Shown here: positions 55,339 to 64,000 of the stretch, in pieces
Numbering within the stretch: the stretch's first letter is position 1
How the letters are laid out: every line of letters starts with the position of its first letter
Source: Histomonas meleagridis 2922-C6/04-290x
Lineage: Eukaryota; Protista; Parabasalia
Length of the DNA: 64,000 nucleotides
Reading direction: 5' to 3'
NCBI GenBank assembly: GCA_020184695.1
Contig: JAANOX010000218.1
Coordinates: forward strand, 124,001-188,000
Notes under the pieces: model-generated
Told to the model about the DNA's origin: nothing
The model's database searches: none
What the model saw: the letters and a program-made list of their open reading frames with translations, nothing else
Position numbers and translations under genes: made by a program

Positions 55339-56063
55339 TTCGAAGTTTGGATTAGAAGAAGCTGATACCTTCCAATCTTCGACATTTTTATACCTGTGCC
55401 AATGCAGTATCCCCACGATTCGTTTGAATCCACAGTGATGATATCTTCATCATCATCAGCAAACATAAGCGATGATATCTTGCCAAATATTCCCTGAAGA
55501 TAATTCATTCCATCACTGAAGCTATAATTTGGAGGAACAACAAGATAAAACAATGGTTTTTCGGGGCCGCAAATTTCGCATCGGAAAACAGCGCTACCAT
55601 CTTTGTAAGGAACTTCCTTTGACATCTTTCGCTTCTTTATGACGGCAATATCTGAAAATGGTATTGAAACTATTTGTATGCTTTTAACTTCATGGGCAAA
55701 ATACCATGTGAACATGAACTTGATGTCTTGATTGCTCTGAAGATAGACTATACGACCTTGGTCGTCTCTAAAGCCAAACTCCTTTTCATCGAATGAGAAA
55801 GAAAGTTGAACGAATTTTACAAATGAAGCAAAATTGCAACTTGTGTTTATGTGTCCTTGTTTACGTGATGCCCCAATAGAAAGAGTAACATCATCACCAA
55901 GTGTAACTTCGGTATTACCACTTACTAAAAGATTGGTTTGTTTCATTTGTGTTTTCAAATCCGCAATACGTTTCTTTAACTCAGTGCTTCGGCGCTCTTC
56001 ACTTTGTAGACGGTCTTCCAAGAGCAATTGGATTTCTGTTGAATCTGTAACTGGGCGCGACAT
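55335..56063 (-). CDS. Coiled-coil plus tandem PB1-like domain protein
   Basis: Two OPCA-like motifs (FRDDQGRIVYLQSNQDI; FADDDEDIITVDSNES). Its stop overlaps the PIG-F stop (55335-55338). Confidence 0.5.
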   Translation of the reverse strand: MSRPVTDSTEIQLLLEDRLQSEERRSTELKKRIADLKTQMKQTNLLVSGNTEVTLGDDVTLSIGASRKQGHINTSCNFASFVKFVQLSFSFDEKEFGFRDDQGRIVYLQSNQDIKFMFTWYFAHEVKSIQIVSIPFSDIAVIKKRKMSKEVPYKDGSAVFRCEICGPEKPLFYLVVPPNYSFSDGMNYLQGIFGKISSLMFADDDEDIITVDSNESWGYCIGTGIKMSKIGRYQLLLIQTSN

Positions 56064-56260
56064 TTTCCTTTTTGGTGTGTATTATTTTGACTTGCTTTGT
56101 TCAAAATAATAAAAAACGATCGATAACTTCAGCTTATCTGCAGCAGCAGCTTTGCTGAAATTATCTACAAAACGATAGAATTGAGTTAGTTTAGGAGAAC
56201 CCTCACTTAGGTGTAATAAACTTTAGAAAACAAAAAAATCCGATAAACTAAAAGAATTTT

Positions 56261-59236
56261 GGGTAATAGTAAATGACACGAAGTGGCGTCACTTTTGCGT
56301 TCGACACGAAATTTTTTTCAATTAAAAGTGCTAACATGAGGAAATTAAAAAAAATCGACATGTTTTAGGAAGATTGAAGAAAGTTAATTCTGATAATTCA
56401 ATGTCATTCATCAAGCAATTCACAATAAATAATAAAATGTCAATTATTTTGAGTTGCAAGATCATAAATAAAATGAATTTTTGATTGAACTTAGACAATT
56501 TATTTGGAATTCCACGAGTGAAATTGGTTGATAATAAGTATTTTCTTTTATTTCTTTTAATCATATCTCATTTAGAATTTATGTTTTTATGAATTATAAA
56601 ACAAATGTGAAATTAATATAATTTTTATTATAGTGAGTCGGGTATTGGTTTCTAAATATAGAGTCAGTTGAGATATATGATTTAGCATATCATTATCTCT
56701 TAATTTTTGACCATAATTCATCATATATATGAGTTGTATAATTCCTATTTCATCCGAGACATCCATAGACTGATTTAGTATATACTCTTTTACTGTTTTC
56801 CATTGAGTATAATAAATTCCATTCAGTGTTTCTATGTTTTGTGGATTTTTTTTCGTCCTATAGCAGACAAAAACTTATGAAAAACAGGGTATCTTTGAAA
56901 TAAATTCAATTGATCTAATGACAGTAATTCTAATATCTCAAGTTCTTTAGGTGTTAAATTGACCAACAATTCTTCATTTTCAATATTAATATCAATTCTT
57001 ATGCTTTCCTCTTCCATTTCTAAAAAGTTGTCTTCAATTATTTCTTTTTCAGTTTCTGAAATATTGTTTTCATTTATTTCTGCTTCTTTAGATGTTAACT
57101 TTTCGTTTATATTATCTTCATGTAAATTCGCACATGTTGCTTTATTGTGACTCGATTTTCTACATATACTGCATGAATAATGTTTTTTCTGACTATTTCT
57201 TCCTGACCTTCTTATTAAATTTGCTGGTCTTGTCTTTTTTCTTCCAGAAAATAAATTTAAATTTATATCTTTAAGTTCATTATATAATTTGAGAACTAGT
57301 ACTTTCACTCTATCATCTCTTTGAACGACTGAAGCAATTTCTTCAAATGCTCTTGTAAGTGGAGAGTAACTCATATCATAATGAGGTATTTCTTGAATTT
57401 CATGTTCTATGATTTTATTTTGAAAAAAATTGTTTTCCTGTATTTGGTACGATTTTTTAAAATAAATCTCAGGTATTTCATTTTGTGATATTGATGGGAT
57501 TCGTCTATCTAAACGATTAATAATTTTATGGACACAAGGAAGACCATATTCAATCTCTGTAAAAAATTTGCAATTCTCCTCATTAATCCATTTTAATAAT
57601 TCGATATTAGCTCTTCCATCCATATTTTTATTTTTAGTTCTCTTAGCAATTTCGACTTCATTTTTCAATTTATCTATTGCTATTGAACCTAGAATATTAC
57701 CTTCATAAATATTGTTGTCAATATCTGTAAGCATGGCTTCACTTCGCCAAGCAAATTCTGTAGCTAAATAATCCAATATTTTTATAACAATCTCAATATC
57801 TCTTTTCCCATCTAATTTTTCCCGAATATTACCATTTAAACCTTCAATCGCATTAGTTGTTCTTCGTTCTCTTAAATTTACAGACAATAAAAAACTAGGA
57901 TCATAACAATCGATATCATCAATTAATGCTTGGATAGCTCTTTTATTTTTGACGATACTCCGAATAGTTTGATTTATAGAATTAATATATTCATTAATGA
58001 AATAACTCATATATTATAGATTAAGGACCAAATGTTTATTCGACTTATCTCATCATATGAACTTTGCAAAAAACAATTATAGTATTTAACATTACTATCT
58101 CAATTGCTGCTTTTTGTGCTTTTAATCTATCAATGATTACAACTCTTGGTATGCCAACTTTTTTTTATACATCATCAAATACAAGTTTAAATATTTCCTT
58201 TTCTTTACTGGATATTATTGAAAATGCTAGTATTTGTGAATCATTATTTTAATCAATGAATAAGACATTTATAATAGGCATATCAAAATCATTAGTCATC
58301 ATTATGTCATCTAATTGTGATATATATCTAGATATTATTTAATTTTTTAACCTCCTTGAAACAAATGTTGCAGTGAGAATTTGATTATCTGCTCTGTTCA
58401 AATGAAATCACGTTTCATAATTATTTGATAACTGATGAATAATAGATTGGATTGATTTGATTGTATCAACATCTCTTGAGTTTAAATAAGAACGTCTGAT
58501 ATCATAAAATTTCCGAGCACTGACAAATTCTGTTATTTTTTTTTTAATATATGCAGGATTTCCTTGTTTAGTGTAAGTTATAATTTGATCTCGAGTTGAA
58601 TTTGATACCCAACCAACTATTATAGAAATCTTGTGATATTGGATGTTTGAGTCGAAAATTGCCTTCAACAAACATAATTTTTGATAAATTATGCACAACT
58701 TTTAATCTTATAAAGCTATTGCAATCATAATGTTTTAGCGTACGGTTCTTCTTAGCTCTGCAACGACCTCCAAAACGACACCAAAAATCCCAAATACCTT
58801 TGTCCTTGTGAGTGAATAATGACCAACATTTTGCTTGAACATTTCTTGTATATCAGAAGGGGAAGTCTCTTGTGAGTTGATCGACATTTCTCAATTTTTA
58901 GATATAACATCTAAAGTGGTTGCAGAAAAATTTCCCAAACCCCTCAGTTTTTGAATATAAATCCGATGATTTTTGATTCATTCGATTCTATCGTTGGGAA
59001 ACCTTTCTGCAACCACTTTATAATTTCTGGAGTATCAGTCGTGTTATCCCATTCATCTGAACTTATAAGATTCTATCAAATTTGATGACCGGATGAACTT
59101 TTTGAGAATTTTGATAGTTTTTAAAATTCGATATTGAAATTTTTTTTAACTCCTTTCATATTGGCACTTTTAATTGGAATAAAATTTCCGTGTCGAATAC
59201 AAAAGTGACGCCACTTCGTGTCAATTACGATTCCTC
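56261..59236 (-). mobile_element. 2976-bp Mutator-like (MULE) transposon
   Basis: Imperfect TIRs of about 95 bp (core TGACACGAAGTGGCGTCACTTTTG at 56274 and its reverse complement ending 59223). Exact 9-bp TSD AAGAATTTT at 56252-56260 and 59237-59245. Confidence 0.93.
56832..58887 (-). pseudogene. MULE transposase pseudogene
   Basis: WDFWCRFGG..C (FAR1/WRKY-like), catalytic-domain remnants (TNDFDMPII, VVIIDR, FCKVH), TTNAIEGLN, GLPCVH (SWIM-like), CSICRKSSHNKATC knuckle; multiple stops and frameshifts. Confidence 0.85.
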
Positions 59237-59249
59237 AAGAATTTTACAA

Positions 59250-61363
59250 ATGTGTTTCCAATTATTAAACAATATACAAAAAACAATGAGGGAGCTAAAG
59301 GAAGAAAATATTGATGAATCTATTGAAATCGTCAAAGCGTTATATGATCCAAATTTCCCACATTCTTTTAATATAATTTTTGCTCAAATGATTTATTCAG
59401 CTATAATCTCACGTATCAATGATATTGATTTATATTTTCAATTAATGAAAGAAATTCAAAATATAAATGATAAATTATATGATGTTTTTCTGCAATATCT
59501 TCTTCATTTAGATTCACAAGAATCTAAATATTTAATTGAAAAGATGATTAATTTAAACCTTGTTGATATAGATCTTGTTCAATCCAAAAAGTCCCTTTAT
59601 TTTGCACATTATAAAATGTGTGTTGATATTAATAATCTAATTGAGAACAAAAAATTGAACATTCCATTTGCTGAAACATTCAAAGACAATATTAAAAAAC
59701 TTTCAAAGAATGATTGGGAACTTCATAAACAATTAATTAAAGAAGGAGTTAACGCAGATGAAATATCAAAAATAATTCGGAATGATGAAATAGAAAAACT
59801 TCAAGAAATGTCAACACAATCAAAATTTGAATATAATCATATAAATGAACCATCACTTTATGAAAAATGTTCTTTCATTAATCAAAAAAATGTTTCACTT
59901 ATTGATTATGCAGCATTTTTTGGATCTATTAAGTGTTTTAAATATTTACTTATGAATGGCGCAAAATTAGGGAACACTGGTAAATATGCTGTTGCAGGTG
60001 GAAACTTAGAGATTATTCATTTATGTGAACAAAACCATTCATCATTTGAAGGTGCATATGAAGCTGCAATTGAATTTCAGCGAAATGATATTTTTTATTA
60101 TCTTTATGATACCAATATTATACATAGAAATTTAGAAGATTTAGCAAAGAATTGTATTTTATATAATAATTATGAAATTTTTCAATTTTTAGAAGAAAAA
60201 GGTTTAAAAGTTGATGATGAATTAATCATTGAAGCAACAGAAAGTGGCAATTTATATCTTTTAAAACATTTTCTTGAAAAAAATAAATTGCCTCCAGAAA
60301 TTTTGGCATCAGCTGTAAAATCAAGAAACATTGAGATTGTTAAATATGTTATTGATCGAAATGGATTTTATAATGGTGTTAGATATATTTTTTTGTTATA
60401 TTTAAGTTTTGTTTTAAGTAATTAATTTTTTAATTTTTTATATGAAATTTATTATAATTATTTAATACACCATTTTTATTTGCTTGTAAACAAGGTTGCG
60501 TTGAAATTGCGAAATTTCTTCTTAAAAAAAAGTATAGTAAAATAAATGAAAGAAATATTTCTTTATTGAATTTGGGATAAATTTTAAATTTTTAGTGTTT
60601 ATAATGTATATTGTTTGCTAATGGACTTTATTTAGCTTCAAAATATGGTCATATTAAAATGATCAAATTCCTTCTTAAGCATGATATTGAAATTACTCTA
60701 CATTTTTATATAATTTTTTCAAAAATAATTTTTATTTTTTAATAATTATATAAAATTTTTCATGATTATTTTTCATATTTTTTTCACCTCTTATGATTGC
60801 TATATATTTTGGTCATATAAAAGTTATAAAAATATTACTCAAAGAAGGAATTTATATGAATGCTACTGAATTTTATTTAAAAAATTTTATTATACAATAC
60901 AATTTTAACATTTGGGATTTCAAAATAATATTTTATCAAGGCCATCGTATTATTTCACCATTATTTCTTGCAACAGAAAATAATAATCCAAAAATCGTTA
61001 AATTACTTCTTAAGCAGAAAAGAATTGATGTCAATGTTAAAAATATTTGTTTGATTTATATGAAATTTATTTCAACAAATTAGGATTTCAAAATGATATT
61101 TGGCAATTATTTAGATTATTTAAAACAGCACTTATGATGGCAGCTGAAAAAGGTCTCACAGAAATAGTTAAATTACTTCTTGAGCATGAAAGAATTGACA
61201 TTAATGCTGAAGATATTTATATCTTTTATTTAAAATTTATATTAATTGTTTTGGATTTTTGAATAATATTTGGAAATTATTTAAATTATTTAGAACAGCA
61301 CTTATGTTTGTAACTAAAAATGTCCACGAGGAAACGATTCAATTAATTCTTGAGCACAAATGA
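59250..61363 (+). CDS. DUF3447-type ankyrin-repeat protein with six inserts; 574 aa if removed
   Basis: Inserts at 60390-60457 (68), 60560-60610 (51), 60713-60774 (62), 60874-60945 (72), 61048-61115 (68) and 61218-61285 (68). The intervening 99-102-nt segments are open ankyrin repeats. TGA at 61361-61363. Confidence 0.75.
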
Positions 61364-61481
61364 AAAGAAAATTATTATTTAATGCATAAAAACGATACAA
61401 TTTGACTATTGCTAAAACTCATGAAATAATTCACTCGAAAACTGTTGTGTTGAGGTAAAATATATCGAAAATTCGGTTTGT

Positions 61482-62753
61482 TTACTGGTTTGCAGCGGCT
61501 TCTGCCTTTGCCCTTCTCTTCGCGAACATTGCCTGCAGCTGAGACGCCATGTCATTTCCAGGAGGAGCTCCGCCTCCGCCGGTGCTTCCGCCGCCAGTGC
61601 CACCGCTTCCGCCGCCGCCCCCAGCGCCTGAGATCTGTGGCCCTGACTTATCAACTGTTTCGACTTTCTTCAATTTCGGCATTTGGCCTGGCTTGAGATC
61701 AGACAGCGACAGTCCTTTGTTGGTTGGGAGCTTTGGCGCACTTGATGCTGCTGGCGGTGGCGGTGGAGGAGGTGGCGGCGGAGGTGGCGGCGGGGCACCC
61801 GAACCCGACGGTTCCTCGGGCGGTTTTTCCTTCTTCTTCTCCGGCGGTTTCGGTTTTGCCTTCGGTTTTTCCTTCTTCTTCTTTTCTGGCGGTTTCGGTT
61901 TTGGCGGTTCGGGCTCTGGCGGAGGAGGAGCAGGCTGTGTCTCGCTGACCGGAGGAGGAGGAACAATCGTCGATGATGTGGATGATGGTGCAGTTGATGT
62001 GGGTTCTTCGATTGATACTGATGAGCGTTTTCGAGATTTCTTGTCTTTCTTCTTGTCCTTCTTCTTGTCTTCTTTGGTAGGAGCTTGAGGCGCTGGTTGT
62101 GGTTCTTCTTCTGGTGGCGGTTCAACTAAATCTGTTTCGGCAGCATTAAAGCCATAGCATTCACTAAATGAGGTGTTGAAGTTGCTGTTGGCTGCTGGCC
62201 CTGAAGTTGGAGCAAAGAAGTCATTGGTACATGACCAGAACGTGGGAAGTGGAGTTGATTCTGATAATTTGATGATTAAGGGTGAATCATTGGAGTTCTC
62301 TGGCTCTTCAATCCGACGACCGACATTGCTGATGGCATTTAAGTTAATGCGGAATGGATTTTCGGGGAAGCCAACATCATATTGTTGGGAACGTGGTAAA
62401 AATTGATCATCCATAGCCTTTAGAGATTGAGATGGTTGAGGAGATGGAACAAGACGTCGACCAGCATTGGCACGAATAGCTTTCAAAGTTCCTTCGATAT
62501 GTTCTAAATTAACTTCCATTTTTGCAAGCTGTTCATTGCTTGTAACCATTTTAAGGAGACACATTTTTGATAGTACTAGAACTGATTGTTCTATTTGACG
62601 TAAATCTTCTTCTAATTCATTTTTAACGATAGTATATTGAAATTGCGAAGAGTCCATTAACCCGTCTTGCGTTTCAGCATGCCTCTTGATCCCACTTAAG
62701 CGTTCATCAAGTTCTTTGATCTTGTCTGCTATTTTTCCGGGGTTCTCTGACAT
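61482..62753 (-). CDS. Proline-rich actin-regulator-like protein with a C-terminal WH2-type motif
   Basis: N-terminal coiled coil, polyproline tracts, LKKVETVDKSGP (verprolin/WIP-like WH2). Confidence 0.65.
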   Translation of the reverse strand: MSENPGKIADKIKELDERLSGIKRHAETQDGLMDSSQFQYTIVKNELEEDLRQIEQSVLVLSKMCLLKMVTSNEQLAKMEVNLEHIEGTLKAIRANAGRRLVPSPQPSQSLKAMDDQFLPRSQQYDVGFPENPFRINLNAISNVGRRIEEPENSNDSPLIIKLSESTPLPTFWSCTNDFFAPTSGPAANSNFNTSFSECYGFNAAETDLVEPPPEEEPQPAPQAPTKEDKKKDKKKDKKSRKRSSVSIEEPTSTAPSSTSSTIVPPPPVSETQPAPPPPEPEPPKPKPPEKKKKEKPKAKPKPPEKKKEKPPEEPSGSGAPPPPPPPPPPPPPPAASSAPKLPTNKGLSLSDLKPGQMPKLKKVETVDKSGPQISGAGGGGGSGGTGGGSTGGGGAPPGNDMASQLQAMFAKRRAKAEAAANQ

Positions 62754-63055
62754 TTTAATGAAAAGATTTTTGAAATATTTATACATTTGTAAACCATTGA
62801 AAAATGAAAGTTTTGAAATTTTTAATGATAATCGAGAAATTTGATAGGTTATTGATCGTCTTTATGTTTTTTTATTTTGTGTTTTTTCATTTGTTTAAAA
62901 TATCGATACATAATTTTAATTCATAATTCAATCAAACATTTTACAATTGTAAATAATTATATTTTCTTTTCCAAAAAAATTAACGAGAAAATTCAAACTG
63001 ACAAAGATGACAAAATACGATAGAAAAAGTAATCATCTTTTTATTTACATACAAA

Positions 63056-64000
63056 TTATGCATAATATATCTCCGGATAGAATTCTTGCAATATTGCACT
63101 TGCTACATCGGCAATTTCTTTATTTTCATTATCAGCATTATATTTTAGTACATCTGCAAACTCATCTTCGAACTGATCAAAGTTCTGAAACGAATCTGTA
63201 CCAAATCTTATCATTCTCTGTAATGCATTCCTTAATGTTATAAGAACAGTCTTTAAACGCTTTCCCTCAAGACATTCAACTGCGTCCAAACATGCAGAAA
63301 TTAAATCAGTCTGGAAAATTTGTTGTAATACTTCGATTGATGAACAATAACATATCGAAGATATACATTCAACAATCAGTGCTTTAGATTCAAAACATGC
63401 TGCGTCAATTCCATCACGTAACTTCTTAATGATTTTAGGATCAGTTATCCATTTTTCATGTTGTTTTGCAACAACAAAATCTTTTATGATAGAAATTGAA
63501 CATTGAAATTCTTTCGAATCATGTGGAAAGCCAAGAAGAAAAGCTTTGACTGTGTTAATATCAATTTTCGTTATGATAGAGCTATCGGATGAAATACAGC
63601 AATCAGCAATTTGAACAAAAAGTTGAAGAATTTGTAAATGTAATGGGAAATCGGGTCGTAAAAGTAGATTATATTGGTTAAAAAGGTGACTTATAACAAG
63701 TTGATTAAGACCTTTTTCTTTGGTATAACGAAGAAGACCCTCAGAAAATTCAATTGACAATTGACAAGGAAACGGTTTGTCAACACGTTTCATGGCATCA
63801 AAGAAAAGGCCAAGAATCAGAAGTGGTACGTTGTCGGGAAACATTGAAATAAAGCGGCACATGTTGCAGAATGTGCAACAAATACAGAATAAAATTTGTT
63901 GCTGAAAAACATCATCCGAATTCTGCACTGATGCCTCAAAACATTCAATAAGAAAAGTAAGAGTGTTCGTGCGAAGAAACTCTTTGGTTCCAAGAGATGT
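63056..64000 (-). CDS. ARM/HEAT-repeat protein, 5' end outside the window
   Basis: Frame is open from 64000 to the stop at 63056; amphipathic helical repeats ending ADVASAILQEFY. Confidence 0.6.
   Translation of the reverse strand, partial: TSLGTKEFLRTNTLTFLIECFEASVQNSDDVFQQQILFCICCTFCNMCRFISMFPDNVPLLILGLFFDAMKRVDKPFPCQLSIEFSEGLLRYTKEKGLNQLVISHLFNQYNLLLRPDFPLHLQILQLFVQIADCCISSDSSIITKIDINTVKAFLLGFPHDSKEFQCSISIIKDFVVAKQHEKWITDPKIIKKLRDGIDAACFESKALIVECISSICYCSSIEVLQQIFQTDLISACLDAVECLEGKRLKTVLITLRNALQRMIRFGTDSFQNFDQFEDEFADVLKYNADNENKEIADVASAILQEFYPEIYYA

Noticed and set aside
59190-59249. ORF-track start of the ankyrin gene at 59190
   Set aside because: It is a GTG inside the MULE TIR; the first ATG outside the element is at 59250.
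61412-62406. Gly-, Arg- and Ala-rich ORFs overlapping the proline-rich gene
   Set aside because: They are antisense or alternate-frame shadows of a GC-rich low-complexity coding region.

Overview
AT-rich eukaryotic genomic window with dense, essentially intron-free genes in the standard code. The gene families (DUF3447-type ankyrin proteins, BspA-like LRR surface proteins, saposin-like protein, MULE and pogo DNA transposons) point to a parabasalid, probably Tritrichomonas-like; this taxon call is inference. Housekeeping genes include RPL34, MED31, a probable MED22, CLASP, a CFAP58-like gene, U2AF35-like, a PPP phosphatase, a STE20 kinase, a PHO80-type cyclin, Tubby, DENN, PIG-F and tRNA-Gly(CCC). 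Three transposons have definable ends: a 2976-bp MULE with a 9-bp TSD, an 875-bp MULE-type MITE with a 9-bp TSD, and a 1749-bp pogo/Tc1-like element with a TA TSD. The most striking signal is in three ankyrin genes (3461-5292 -, 44733-47870 +, 59250-61363 +). In them every ankyrin repeat is interrupted at the same position by a 48-72 nt AT-rich insert (21 inserts, mostly 68 nt). The inserts shift the frame or carry stops, lack consistent GT-AG, AT-AC or parabasalid branch-point signals, and have hairpin potential. Removing them restores continuous 33-34 aa ankyrin arrays, which suggests a family-specific non-canonical intron or bypass system. Several single-base frameshifts elsewhere may be assembly errors. 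No database searches or folding programs were run; all calls come from reading the sequence and the ORF track.
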